NCBI GenBank assembly: GCA_965285935.1
Contig: OZ260666.1
Span: 54,498,001-54,562,000, forward strand
Length of the DNA: 64,000 nucleotides
Direction of reading: 5' to 3'
Source of the DNA: Ophelia neglecta
Lineage: Eukaryota
This document shows, one piece after another, positions 26,601 to 41,600 of the stretch (position 1 is its first letter; each line of letters opens with the position of its first letter). The position numbers and the translations under genes were made by a program. The notes under the pieces were generated by a model, which was not told the origin of the DNA, ran no database searches, and saw nothing but the letters and a program-made list of their open reading frames with translations.

Positions 26601-29600
26601 AGAAAAGGAACAATTATAAATACTTAATAAGTTCCTATATATCATTTTGGAAAGACCTGATGATTAAGCTACTGCCATTTAATAGGATCGGTGTCTCCTA
26701 CCATCTTACACAATTGTTCGAGACCTCTGGCAGATGCTATGGGATTTTTTCATGAACCCTGAGAACATGTTAATTATATTTATGGAAACTATATAATTGT
26801 GATATATGATATCATTAAAGTACTTGACAAACATGTGCTAATTTTGTAATTACACGTGATTAATCATTTCAAACTGGAAGGGATTAATTACTGACAATAT
26901 TATGTTTGCTGTCACATAACATCTGCACTTTCGAAATATTTGTCTACACTCACCATAAAACGTCCACAGTACCTATATAAAATTCAACGACTTTAAAGAT
27001 TTCTGTCAAATTCCTTATTAATGCATGGAGTACTTTCACTTGTCCACTCGTGTCTTGCTGTCTGCGTTTCAATGGTGAACAATGCCATTGGACAAAGGGC
27101 TCAAATTATTATATATGCAAGCAGGTCCTCGTGTATGAAGTGTGTCGTGACCAGACATTGAAAACAAAACGCTTGGTTTGAAAATATCAATGTACATATT
27201 GAAGAGAGAAGGATGGTATGTACAGTCCCAAGGCTTTTAATAAGTGCGAAAGTTTGGGATTATCTATTTCTAAGTATATAAGACCAAACAGACAAAAGTA
27301 TGACAATTTTGTTATGTCCCTGCCCATTGTTTAACAGCACAATTCTTAATTTTCCTATATCTCAAAACATTCCTATTGCAGCTGTGTATATGACATTTGT
27401 GGGGAGTTTCAATCTGATGAAAACCGTAATATGTTTTGATATTCAGTGCTAGCCGGTAAACGATATGAAAGTTTGGTGTGATATAAATTAATGTGTTGAC
27501 TCAGCTGGACATGTCTTTATGGTTTCAAATTAAATGAAACATATACATGATTCAATCGGCAAAAGAATATTGGTTCTTTATTTTCAAATTCGCCATGTTA
27601 CCATATTGATAATTGTATTTTTAGCTAAACAGTGTTTGGGTTAATAATAGATAACTACCAAATGCCATTGCCAATATATCTTCATTTTTTTCTGAATACG
27701 TAACGTAGGTCGTCTGAGATATGTTGATCACGAGATGGAATATAATAATTCTTTTCCTTTGGACAGGTTCCTTGTTAGTGAAGCAATTCAATGAAGGTTT
27801 AAGGCTGAACATTTGAACCGTGCATTTAAACTCACCTGTACTTGTCAAAAGGGATGGTCTTGCCATGAGCTTCTAATTTGTCTACCCTTTTGAAACAAAT
27901 TCGGGATAAATGCCATTAGCTCATAATTATGTCTTGTCAAGCGGAATCGGAAATAGGATGAAACTAGAATAAAGCATGCGCAATGGTTAAATGAACCCGA
28001 TATAGGATTTAAATCAGATGGTTTTTTGTCTCTTGTATCGTCTCAACCAATTTGAGGTGACAGACCGTGAGCGAGATATTCATTTAAAAAGGTTAAGCTT
28101 AAAATACTCTGTTATAATTCTCAAATTGCAGGTATCGATAACACCCCCCCCCCTCCGCCACCCATCCTACTTACCTGTCTTGAGCCGTGCATGAAAATTT
28201 CATTTGCTAAATCGTGAATATATTTCAAATGTCCTTCTTTACCCATGTCATAAAAGACCAGTATCTGGGTGATTGAACGGACTAATACTATATAAATGAC
28301 CTTTTGGCAAAGCCTTTTCTTCCTTCATTACCCATTGAGACGGTCGTCGAAAGTTAAATGTGGAAGGGTTCTATTCTTTTTAGTTGCTGAAAGATGTTGT
28401 CAGACAAGAAAATTTAAAGTTGGGCTTTGATAAAGTTGTACAGGCATAAGGATCATTGAAACCAAGCGAAATATACCGCAACAGGACCAAGTAATATGTC
28501 TGAGGTCAACTTTTGTTGATTGTGTTCTTTTAAATCGTGATTAAGAGTTCAGCAGTGAGACCCATTGTCATATCATATGGGTTTCTTTGATAGCAGATCT
28601 TTTGGGGACCCTAGACACTACTGAACGAGCAACCACTCGAGACTAGTCATTGTGGATGGTGATACATTGCAACCCATAATCTAGCAGCCAACTAGGGATT
28701 TATTGACATTTGAAGAAGACAGCATTGTCTAGAGTCATTATAAATGGCACAATGAAGAGAGCTAATTGTAGCCTTCAAAATGCCGTTGCCTGGATTAGTA
28801 AGAGGACTCTAACTGTCCTATTCATTAAAGAAAATGAACAAAGCTTAACTATACAGTACCAGTTTCACTAGGGTTGCCTGATGTTATCTCTGTAGTTTCT
28901 GGTGGATGGCGTGATTAATTTTAGCCAGACATCAACAAGTGTGTAAAAAACTGCGTCAAACTTGTGATAAATGAGGACATTATTCAAGGAATATGGGAGA
29001 GATCCCTCTATTTCGGGTATATGTTAAGGTTTAGCTTTGGGCGTCGCATTGAGTACCATACTGTGCAGGGGCAGTTCAAGAGTGAATGTCAAACAACCAC
29101 CAGTGTCCCCTAGGACATTAACTTCAGGTTGATATCTGTACGTCGTCGACAACATGACGTGTCTTCTTAGTTTTGTCCCCTTGAATTTGTTTTCAACAGC
29201 CCTACTAGTCAAACATGCACACCTTTTTCTACAACAGCGCCCAGGGGTATTTTCCTCATCGAATTCACTAGAAACAGTAATAAATTTGGTGGCTACATTT
29301 TGCATTTTATGCTTGGGAAATGGTAAAACAAGACTTCTCAAGCATGCTTTCATTGTGATTTTTAGATCCGTCGATAGCTTGGACTACGTGTTAGGAGGCG
29401 GAAGGGAGGGTTATAATTTGGTGTTTTTCATTGGAAGTTTATATAAAAATTTCAACGGTGTCAGAAGGGCAACCTCAGCAGAAAGTATAACCAAATGACT
29501 CACGTAAGATTAATATCTCGAAAACAATGAAAGACGGTGGTTTGCAAAACTATTAGAGGAGCCCAGAAACCATGCATGATTGTTATTAACAATCTTATCT

Positions 29601-32600
29601 GTATGTGCCATTACAGGGGCCCTTGGCATTGGTGTCTTATTATGTACATTCCATTCCTTTGAATAAGTCTAAGAAAATAACGAAGAACGTTCATTTCAGA
29701 ATACGCACAATTCGAAATTAATCTGGCAACTGCAAAGAGCAGAGCTTTTCAACCCTTTGCACTTGGTAGTTTGTTTAAAGGCATAATTTATAAAGGTCCG
29801 TGTTTCTATACTTCTTCCTAGGTTATGTGATCAATTGGGTAGTGGGCTTTGCGGGAAATAAATAAGCGAAGCCTGCCTATGTAAGCCTCAAAACAAAACG
29901 AGGAGCACATATACCCAGTAGGCTGTTTCAGCTACTCTCTAATTTCTGTATTAAGTTGTCTCTTGCCTGCTTAAGTAAGAGCATTCACCGAGCGCAGGCG
30001 GCTCGCGCCTGGCCTGTTATGTCGAGGCGCAGGGGCCACTCTGTGCGTGTCGCCACGCCGTATAAAACCAATGCTGATATCCTGAAGCCTTCATTCCGCG
30101 TGGTCCCCGCTGAAGACGTTGGTCCGACAATGTTAATAGTGGGTGATCTCAACGCATTAAGCACATAGTGTGGTCAATGAAGTTGCGAATAGAGTGCTTA
30201 ACCGGAGGTTGTTAATGGAATAGCTGGAGTCATCAGTCAGGTATGTGTGTTATTACCAAGACGTCTGGGCCTGAATGTACTGTCAGATAGGTAGCTGGTG
30301 AACCACGAGAGTTCGTTACCTTAATAGATGTATATTTGTAGGCAATTGCTGATGCGCCCAATTCTTTTGGTATGTTACCAGGGCAAATGATAAAATAAGA
30401 AACTGGTATGGGCATTTTGCCATCTAGTCACTTTGAATGTGGTACAATATAGGAGTAGAAAATACTTGAAAGTTCAAGACATGGGCCTGCATATGAACTA
30501 TCACACGTACCCTCTCGTCTCATCAAGACAACATTCCTCCGGTTAAGTGACCTTTAGTCGAGAGTCCAACTGCTCCGGGCTTTTGTTCGTCTTGAAGGAA
30601 TAATGAAAAAACGTCATTGAGCTTCGGGTGCAAATCAAGCCCAAGTAGGTACACATATTTCACTCGTCGAGGCCTTCCTTATCAGGTTATGTCTTCATGT
30701 AGGTTGTGCCATATATAGGAACATGGTTCATAACGTAAAACGAGTCCCAAATTCTAACGCAGATGGCCGCTCCGTGGGGCTGTTGGTAATTTATAAACAA
30801 TGTGGGTATTAACAATCCAAACAAACGTTTCTTCCAAATCTATTCGTTCGGTTATTCATGAATAGGGGGTAGCCTATAGGTGAGAGCGATGTTTCCTGTA
30901 TACCGTGATACTCACACCAATCTTGCCTTGTTGTCCTTTTAAAACCTACCTGTCGAAAACAGTCGACGAAAGCTCAGGCAGAAAGCTGTGGCCGAGGGTG
31001 TATCGAGTGTTATGGAGAAAGGCACGATGAGAATAGATAACTATGTGGCTTGTATTACTCTAACTATGTACACAGCTAAACGGAAATCTGTTCTACGATC
31101 AAGAAACACAACCCCTCTTCAATCGGACGGAAATGTGTTTTACAACAAAAGGTACACGACCTCTCCTCTATCGGTCTTCACTTGGTTGGTACTGTAGGTA
31201 AATATAAATAAGAGGGGGGAGATTTACACCTTGTTCACTTTGGTTTAATTGGCAGACAGACTATGAGAACCATTCTCAAGAGAGGAACTAGGCTGGAAAC
31301 CCTATATATCCCTACCAAATACGTCTATAAACACCACTCTGTTAAATTGTGTATTTCCTCTCTGACAGGCAAATGACATAATAATATTATTCTCAATTTA
31401 TCAGTTGTAGCTAGCAGTAATCGCATTCATTGTATTTTATCCTAACATTCTGAGTTAGTAAAGCTGCAATATTTGTTAGCTTGTTATCCCGTAGGCCATC
31501 CAGCGCTTTTGAAACCAAGTTGAGGGACGGTGGTTCATTAATCGTCCCAGATTAATTAATCTTGATCTACTAATTCATGGCCTCCCCCGGATTTATTATA
31601 CCACCTTTTTAGTTCGAGAAATGCTAATCAACCGGACAACAGATCAGACGCACAGCATTGTAGCCGTGTTGCCACTGGCTTCCGGAAATGTTTATCTTTA
31701 GGGCTACCAATTCGCTCCATACTTTCTCCAGTGGGTCTGGAAGTGCGAAAAACTTGTCGCACATAATCAACTGGAAACAGATAGATTATTAGGTAGGCAT
31801 GGATGATGTGCTGTTGAAACTGACTTGTAATCATTTGTGCCTCAAAGTGTATTTAAAACTGTATCCATCTTGGATGAGGTCGATGTTCCTTTTTTTTGGT
31901 TCTCGACTGTGTTTTGTCACTGCACGATCGTCGGATATTTGCTCAGCTTGCAAAATATATTTCAGCACTTCATGCTTTGTTCCAGGCAAGCTTGTCAGGC
32001 TTATTTTTGTCGTTTAAGTTAAATTCTGAAACTTTAAGTTTTTGGATTCAGATTTGCGCTTTATCTTTAATTGACACATCAAGAGTCCCAATTGACAGCA
32101 GGAACCTTGCGTTCCATTTTATAGTACTTTGACATTTTTGGTTATCCGATACATCATATCCATCTGATCTGCAGAGTGCTTTGAGTCAGTTTAAGTTTTG
32201 AATTGCATCTCCCAATACTAGGCCTATATAAAGCGGTGTATTTGTATACTTGAGTCTACTCGTGTGTATGTGTGTGCTAGGAGGGATTCGGGGAGAGGGA
32301 TTCAGTCTTGTTCAATGTCCATTTCCCTTTCTCCCTAGCTCATTTCCAAAAGGGTAAAATTCTTCCTACGAACGACCTGATACACTACAGAGAAACCTGT
32401 CTAATCTGGCCAGTCAAGGGATTGGAATAAGTGCCCACATAATTCATGTGACCATAATAGGGGGTCAATTAAAATAGCACAGATGTGAAAGAGGCCATTA
32501 TTTAGTTGCCTTGGTGGACAGGGAACCGTAATACACAGGTGACCACTAACACAGGTTTCACTGAAACTTGAAAAGTACCTGATGATCACCCGCGTAATGA

Positions 32601-35600
32601 ACCATCGTGGCCGTCACTAACCGCAACCAGCTGGAATTACTCCCAATTAACTTTTATTAGACCTTTTCGAGATGGTAGGCCAACCTCTTCACTGATTATC
32701 TAGTATTTATTTAGCCATTTTTCGCAGACTATACATAAGGTGTACCATAAAATTAATCACATAATGACTACTTGTCATATGTCAAATAGGTCAAAGGTTA
32801 AACACGTGCTAATCAGGACGGGATGTGGACTGGTGATTGCTCGATTTGGCCTTAACTTGTAGATTTGGCAAAATGAAGCCTCGCATGATTTTATTATTTT
32901 CTTGAATCGTTTTTATCTCAACGGAGGATACCGAGAGGTGGGGCGGGCCCGAGGGTGCGGGAAAGGTTGTCGGGACCCTTGACCCGCCTCCCCCTCTTCG
33001 TCGTATTTCTTTCTGAGTGGAGCATAATAAATGCATATTCAGTAGCTTTAGTCTTCCCTCCTTCCTTATATGTAGGGGACAATATCAGCCCCCCCCCCTC
33101 CCTCCAAGGTTGAGTGAAATTCCCCGATTATCCGCTAAATGGGTAAAGGTGTCATACACGCGCTGTCTATGAGTTATCAGTAGGTCTACTTAGGGTTCAG
33201 TGTTCACCTGCAAATTATTAAGCAGACGGTCCGGTATCACTGAAGTAGGCACTCCTGAAACACCAAACATTTACCTGTTAATACAGCTGATTAGATTATC
33301 TCTGCCCTACCGGATTCGCCTCTGTACCAACGAAAATCAACGGACATCGTTAAAAAGCCATGTAAAGTCCTACTTATAATGGTATGAAAAAAAGCGCACC
33401 GATAATCACGTGAAATAAGGCTGAGCCAGGGACATTTTATTATCTCTATTTTGGTTAAACTATTTAACATCGGAATAGTTATTTTGAATTTTGAATTTTG
33501 AATTGGTCACTATATATTAGTTTCTACTCCAGCTTTTTATCAGATTCTGGAAATGGAATAAGCACTATTATCAAGTCACCCAACTCCAGTACTTTGCTTA
33601 TCTTTTTGTTTTCTTCACCTGTAAGATGTATCGTGTAAATATCAAGAAGCTATGTCTTATCAGCCAATTAAAGCATTAGGTTTAGTTTATAACTATTACT
33701 GGCCGGTCCGTCTTACCTTTCCAAGCGAGTCCTCTGCATATTCACCTCTACTTGTCTTAACATGAAAATAGATTACCGCCGTCTTATTGGGGCATCATTA
33801 ATTAAGTGTGTTTTGTTAGTTTATTGGTGAATTTCTTCACTAACTTTGTTAACGTTTCCTCGCTAACCGCCACCCTCGCCCGGTACCATGTTCTGTGAAC
33901 GCAATCTGATTATCGGTTTCATCCATCACAATGGCCACGATTTTACATGGAGTTGAGTGTATTAAATAATGTCCTCCTGGTTATATTTTACATATAAGAA
34001 TATCTATCCTTCTCTCTGTTATACGTTCTCGGTTTGGAGATAGAATAGTCTCCGGGGAAAAAACCGTCAGAATAATTATGACGTGAGTATGTATCAGTGG
34101 GCTGATCGAATAGTTTTAATTCCGGAAGTTTAAATACATTAATATTGTATTGGTTCAATTTGTCTGAACCTCTAATTGTGGTCGAATTGACCAATTTCTT
34201 TTAATTCTTAAATATTTAATCTCCGTAAAGCCACCTATATCTGAAATCAGTAATATATTACGCGGCAGGTATATAACAATGTAAATTGCTAACACTACCT
34301 CAAGGCGACAAAGCCTACATATCCGAACAATCAAGTTTGTTCTGGATAGTTCGGTACTAGAGACAGGCTTGAACAAAACAAGACCTACAGATAATTCAAA
34401 TCACCCTTTTTTCATGGCTGAGTGGAAAATTTACTTTTTTCTTGTTTCGCATTGAATTTTCTCACAATTAGAGGAGAGAAATCCATAAATTTGCTATAAT
34501 TCATCTCAGCCTGTGTCCGGTCTCTACGCTGGATGCTAAGTGTTTCTGAGGTGAAACAGAAAGGAAATATGTGCCACAGTTACAGACAATCGGAGTGTTA
34601 AGCGGATGTGAGACGACTTTCCCACTGGTTTAATTTATATTGGTGTTTTAGTCTCCGAACCAAATACCTGGTGGCGGAACAGAATCACCTGGCAGCCCTC
34701 AGTGTGGCAATGAGCGTGATAAGGTTATCATACAAGGGTAGGCTATCAAACAGGCAGGTGACATTGGGCAGAGAAAAGCACCCCCTCTTAAGATCTTGTA
34801 ACGGTATCCTCCCACCTGCTTCCTGTCATCTACGCTAATTAACGACAAGAAATAACGAACAACATTTCATACCAAAGACGCTAGTCTTGACTTAAAGCCA
34901 ACACTTTTTTCTGATAGTATTTCGTATAAGAGCATTAGCTCGAACATTGCCTGGCGGAAAGGTTCGTTCATGCACATAACCGCGATACATAAAAATCATT
35001 GACGGAGAAAACAGGGCGTTGTCATTTACATTTTGTCGTATGTACCCCTTTTTCTAGATCCTTTTTTCATTATATGAGAGGTTTTCCTTTTTGGAATACT
35101 TGGAGGCGATTAATTTAAGAGATGGCTGGCATCGTACAACATGTATTAATGGATAAAATTTAGCAATTTTCGTTGTTTCCGCTAGTTTGAGGGTGCATGG
35201 CTTCTTAGAATTCGCCTTATCCACATGCGTTGGCAAAGGTTCAACATTATCACCTTAAGATATGAGACTATCCTCCAAATTATGGAAGCCTCCGACAGTC
35301 TTAAGCATGCCAAGGCTGTTGCCTCTTTTTCCTTTTGCTTTCACATTCTCTAACGCGACTGGCCATGGCTCCCTCGGCCAATCACACCATAAATGGAACA
35401 TACCTGAATTATAAGTTACGATGCGATAGGTATAATCTGCTTCCTTTGATATTGCTCTTAATGATTATTGTTCTGAGTGTTCTCAGAGGATAACGTGATA
35501 AGCTCATTATAATTGACAAACATTATCTCTACAGGATTATTCACCCTGATGACCGGATAACGGCCCGATTGGTCAATGGATCATCACATTAAAGGATTTA

Positions 35601-38600
35601 CAACGACTTTACGTATCTACGAAAATACGAATATCGAGAAAGAGCCGACGCGGGAGGATTAGATTGTAAGACAATTGGATAGCAACTTTAGTGAACATTC
35701 AAAAGACTTGTGAAGTGTAGTATGCCGTAAGTGAACACAGATAGACCCGGTATATCATATGTCAACACGTAGTAAGTTTAAAAGGAGAGGAGCATAAAAC
35801 AGACATCCATACTTGCCTTTCTATTCGCATAAATACAAAGGACAAATTTGTTTGATCAAACACATAGCCTATGGCCTAGATTGCCTCTCGATCACACATT
35901 TGTGAATGTGCTAGGCCCCGTAGCTACCGGAACCAGACGGCTACTCTCGTGCCCTAAGGTATCGTATAGGTAGATGGTATTGATAACCTCGACCCCTATC
36001 AAAGACACGCCGCCTTGTGATAGGAACCCGTACCTTTGACAATCGTAAGTATTACATTACAGTGCATAAACTCGTACTTGATTATAGTAGTCAGCTTCTG
36101 TGTACACTGTCACTGACCGTAATATACCACCGAACGGTAATGTCATGACTGTACCAAACCTCGTTATTTGCTACAACGGGGTGAGGTGTGGAAAACTTAA
36201 TGGGATCAATTCCCAGGGGAATACGGTATCCGATTTGACAATAAGGTACCCTAGTTTGATTAATGGTGTACCCCAATCAGTGCAGTTGTTGTGTTTTCGA
36301 CGCATATGCACTACCGCTTTAAACTTTGAGTAAAAAAAAGTGCAAATATCCTCTTTTAATTGAACCTACAGACATATATTTTAATTCAAGCACAAAAAAG
36401 ACTTCTTACGGGCGTATAAAACACCCACTTGCCAAATAAATTGCTTATACTTACTTTACACCCGTCATAACCTACCAGGGCAATAAATGTGCCCTTTCCA
36501 TATAAGGCTACCCACGTGCCCTCATTTGTAAGACAAATCAGCGAGAAAATGTCCAATGTTAACGATGAAATAAATTCGCTGAAGATACAAGTTGTAAACT
36601 TGGCTGTAGGGTTAAAATGATATAACCTAAACTATGCAGATTCTTCCAAAGTAGTTAGTATGAATATGGCAAGTTTTAATCGTAGATCAATATTGTGCTG
36701 AAGAGATGAGTGTTATGTTTTGGTCACCTAGTGAAATTTTGCTCTGAATGTTCTCATACGTACATTGTTTTTATTGATTATGAAAGTCGAGGGATCTGAT
36801 GAGGATATGTATGAACTTTTTGTACACGTTCTCTGAATATTTGACGTTGCCCTTTGTTTGTTCTAGGTGTGCCAACATACCACATCTAGATATATCAGGA
36901 TAGTTACCGCACCTCGAGATGACCAATTCAACCAGAGTGGTAGGCCTAATTTGGACATTGGCGGTGCCTTTGATCATTTGTTTGGCTATCTCTCCAGGTG
37001 AGATGATTATGATCTTCATTATCTCCTTAACGGAAGGGCTCTAAACGGTTTTTATGGCGGTCGTTAACACGTCTCTCGTTTACATTTGTGTACATAGACT
37101 GAACGTTTAGGAACCCCATCGAGAAAATTTAATGTATTATTAGTTGGAAATTCCTTTTGGAGACATTCTGATAAACAATATCCAACGTTGATTAATAGTT
37201 ATGTTGAACATTTGAGGTATGAGCTTTTTGAAGTGCAAATGTTAAAACGTACAGTGCTTCATGACTTATGTGACAGGGACGCGTGAAATACACGTGTTTT
37301 CATTAATGACACATACAGCCAAGAGCGGCTTGTTTGTTACAATTCATGCCTCGCGTAATTCATGCCCCTCGTATATTACTCACATCTGCTTGTAGCCTAG
37401 GGCTGCTCGTTGTTTCAGAATCTCTTTTTGAATAAATTAGAGAACGTGTTTCAGTTCAATTTGTTCAGTGATTTATCACCTGTCCTACTGTAATATTTAT
37501 CAAAGAGTGGGAGGGGGTGGGGGGTGGGGGGGTGGGGTGGATGTTTGTTCTTTTACTATTACTTCATCGTATATAGCATGTATGCTTGAGTTGAAATAAA
37601 GTATACATGTTTAGTACAACTAATAAATTTCCCCTGATTTGGCATCATGATAACATTAGAGTGATGGAGACGGTAATTTAGATAAGCGATGCGTCCCAAA
37701 ATGAAATTTGAAAATGCTATATTGGAATTTGAAATAATTACGAAACGTGGGAAAGGATAGAAATATGATATATGCGTGAACTTTGTATACATTAGGCCTA
37801 CCTATAAATACATTTTATTCAGTCACATTTAAGTTGATATTAGAATGTGTGACAACATGGGCGAAGTTCCGTTATATATGTATCGTGGACTTATTATGTA
37901 ATTATGCCAAATGAAAGAAAACGAAGATTCAATTGTTAATTTTGCCGTTGGTATACATATCCCAGTTCGGTCCAGACCTGGCAGTTAAACGATCTTGAAC
38001 AAGTAGGACTTTAATAGTGCAAGCAAACACAGTCCCCTTATATATATAGAACTTTGGGGTTTACACCGTCTTAAATATCTTTCTATACATATGTATGTTG
38101 GTTTGCGCGACTTTATGGTTACTAGATCTAGGCTCTATAAATGGGTACACTTATCATCTTTCTTACACAGTTTTCCTATTGCGGCACAATAAAATAAAAA
38201 TTCAGCCATGTTTACTGGTTCAAGATACCTTCAAGTGAATATCGCTGATGTGTTCGCAATGACTGTCAGTGACTATTCTAGGCAGCCGATTGCATAGTTG
38301 TGGTTTTACAGACTGCGTTTAAGCAGGACTGTGTCTATATAAAGTCTTCAGGTGGTTTAGGATCATGTGGACCGGTCGCCAGTGAGTCGTGCCCCGGCTA
38401 TATACTCCTGGATTAACACAATTTGTTGAGACAACAGCGAGAAGCAGTCTGGAATGCGAGGGAAGTCTGCCGCATGACCCGGGACAAAGTGCACGGGGGC
38501 TGCGATATGCACACGTGCTCATAAGACAATCAGGGGCAGCAGATATTCCCAACAGATACAGTTAGGGCTACATATATATGCTATCCATTAATCTTAACTT

Positions 38601-41600
38601 ATAGCACACTATTTGCATACAAATACGTAATCGTTGTATAAAGTATTTTCACCAGGCCAGATTGAGAATCATCGGCCCCATGGCTCACTGCTGAACCTCG
38701 AAAACAATAGAGCCCAGATCTAGATTATAAGACCTATCTTTTGGTTCACATTTACCGCCAAATTTCCAAAGATGGTTTGAACGGCAAGTGGACACCATAC
38801 CTGTAGCGTGTAACTTGTATTTTTGTATAGGTCAACCCTCCCCCCGAAAAAGGTAGGCATTCGGCGTGTGCCTGGCGTCGGCTTTCTTTGATATGTCGTC
38901 TCCGAACAGGTAATCAGACATAAGCTGTTTGTTACATAGCAATATATAGGTCCACTGGAAGCCCACCTCTGGTTACCTGAGTTTACACACCCAGCTGACA
39001 GTGTCTGTGTCAGAACGTCCTTCAGTCCGCCTCGATATCACGTACGTGTAACAAAGATAACCGCACTTTTATATGGCCTTTAACAATGTACAAGTTATCG
39101 GTCGAATTGAACTACCGGTGTAAACCCACGGCGCTTATATGTGTGTCATTTGAATGGCTAAAATGCCCTAGTAACTCAAGATAAAGTTGTTATTCATCTT
39201 TTAGCCATTATTTCTGAAAATGGCTTTATTTGGGCAAATGTCCGGTAATGATAAATGCGTTTATAAAAGATAGGGGTGGGTTGTCTAAAGTTAAATGCCT
39301 GTATGATCAAGTGTTGGAGCCTATTATACGCTTGACGAATTCAAGTTGCCAAGGAGATCAAGATTGAAGCTTACCTGCCGCAAATCAAGCAAAACTATAA
39401 TCAAATCAATTTACTCCGTTGCCAAGGAAATACAATTCAGATTATTTACAGCAGGAATTGTCTATCTATGTTCATTTAAACTACCACTGTTCATTGGTGT
39501 ATCTTTTCCCAATTGCCCGAACAAGGTAAACTTTTGCTGCATGTTCTCCTTGTGGGCCGTAGAAACCATTTTGGTATTACCTATATTAACTCCCCGTTAG
39601 ACAAGATAAAATTGAATAACAAGAAGAAATAGTCAATTTTGTCCAAATGCACAAGGAAACGTCTACTGCAGACAGAGAAACGCGTGTTCAAAATTTGTCA
39701 CCGGAGGCACATCGGGTTATTTTCATGTAAATAAATGGAAAGAAAGCCACTTGACAAGTCCAGTTATCTAAAAGTATGCAGGACAAGCTCTGGCTATTAA
39801 GATCTTGCATAATGCAGCAATTTCCGCACACTACATTTGAAGGAATCATCATGGCACCATAAAGACTAGCTTTTATTTTACAAATAAACTTGATGTTTAC
39901 CAAAGTTATCTTGTTGACTAGTGTAGTGTCGCAAACGACAGCGAGGAACTTCTCACAGCATTCCTCTATAAAAGGTCTGCAAACATCAAACAATCGTCAA
40001 CGAAAGCTAAGCTAACAAAAGTGGCCCGAGGCTCAGGGGTCTATTGATTGAGATATTAGGGTCTCTCTGCTGCTGTTTCTTAGAGTCAGAACTTTTGTTG
40101 TCCGGTTGACTTGGTGCTGACACGATAACAATGAGTTACAGTGATAACATCTCACACTTTTCAATAATGTCATTCGTTCGTTTACCAAACATGTCTCTCA
40201 TCGAATCTAAGTTGAAGCAGCAATCGCTCTCCGACATTACATCATCTCCTGCAAGTTTCTTCCTGTATGCGCTGTTCGTTTAAGACCCTCGAAGGGTTTT
40301 CTATTATATAGGTAAATTAGCTAGTTGTTACTAAACACTCGTCGGTTGCTTTTTAATTGAAATTTCGCGCATGATAGCGTTGATACAAGCGAAATTCTCA
40401 TTACACCACATCCAACAAATGTACTTAAATGTTTCTAAGATTTGATGAAATACTAATAAACGTAATAATAAGTTAACGTCAAATAAACAATATTTGAATC
40501 TACTTGATTAAATTTGATAAATAAATAAGGATATCAACCAGGCAAAGTGCGTTTATATGTGGCATGTCCGGTTTATTACAGGAGTTCTATGATTTTAATT
40601 GCAGGGTTAAAAGCCTCGAAGATAACTAGCGAATGTGATGTGTTCAGCAGTGAAGCGATTGCAGACTGTCTGGCTGAGGGAGACAAGTTTATATCAGCCT
40701 ACGTCAAAAAGAGGCTCGAGAAAAGACGTGGGAGAAAGTCTAAGAGCTACCACACGTGCAGGTTGATGTCTTAATTGTCATAGCTATTAATGCATATGTT
40801 AATCATCGACGCAATTATTTTTGTTCTCCATCATCTAAGTAATATTTCCATGGGGATTTAATGGAAATTGTCTTTCCCCTAAAGTTGTTTGAACTTTTCG
40901 ACTACTGTTGACAACATTTTAATTCTTTTGGGTTGCACATTGATGTTTTTTATACTAAAAGCTAATGCATTGCCATTTATATGTCACGTCACCCCATGCC
41001 GTCCGATTGAAAAATTGTCAAACAGACCTTTTATTCTTGGCATTCGAAATGTACGTTTAATGAACCCACTCTGTCGACACATGGTTCAAATACAAAAAAG
41101 GTAATAAAATATGCTACCAATTAACTTGCTATAACTTTTACAACTGGTAAGGTCATTTTTTTCGGAAATTCTTTTCGAATAACTTTTCTTCATAAGTGTT
41201 AGAGACATACTGGCACCTCATTAATACTCTTGAACTATCCGTTCATTGGGGCAATTTGTCTTTCCTTGAGAAGTACCAAGGACACCAACAAAACCGTAAT
41301 GCGTGTGTCACAATCTAATCTGAAACCAAGCACAATTTGAGAGAATGACGAAAACATGAGCATGAATTTAAGAAATGCAAAGAACCTGCTTTACTCTTGA
41401 TATTTCTCCCTCAGTTTTATTTCCTTGCACCATTATGCTTCCTTGCCTTCTGCTATTTACCGTCCTTGCTTATGTTTTTAACCAGGGACATATATGAAAA
41501 CGCCTCATTGCCCGAAAAATTCTACAAATGTGAATTTTATGTTTACAGGTCCTTCCAGAAGTTTGAAGAATGTATCAAACCGATCATTGATGGATGTCAA

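Noticed and set aside
29024-29353. Adenylate-cyclase-like N-terminus (NKFKGTKL)
   Set aside because: No transmembrane segments or further exons; better explained as decayed transposon sequence.
31628-32220. Gypsy gag-like relic on the minus strand
   Set aside because: The similarity is too weak to support by eye; many stops.
39967-40311. TATAAAA, a 50-codon ORF (40131-40283) and a donor at 40311 as the first exon of the Cys-rich gene
   Set aside because: An in-frame TAA at 40281 precedes the donor and no other frame gives an ATG-to-donor path; the TATA lies inside the antisense RTE relic.
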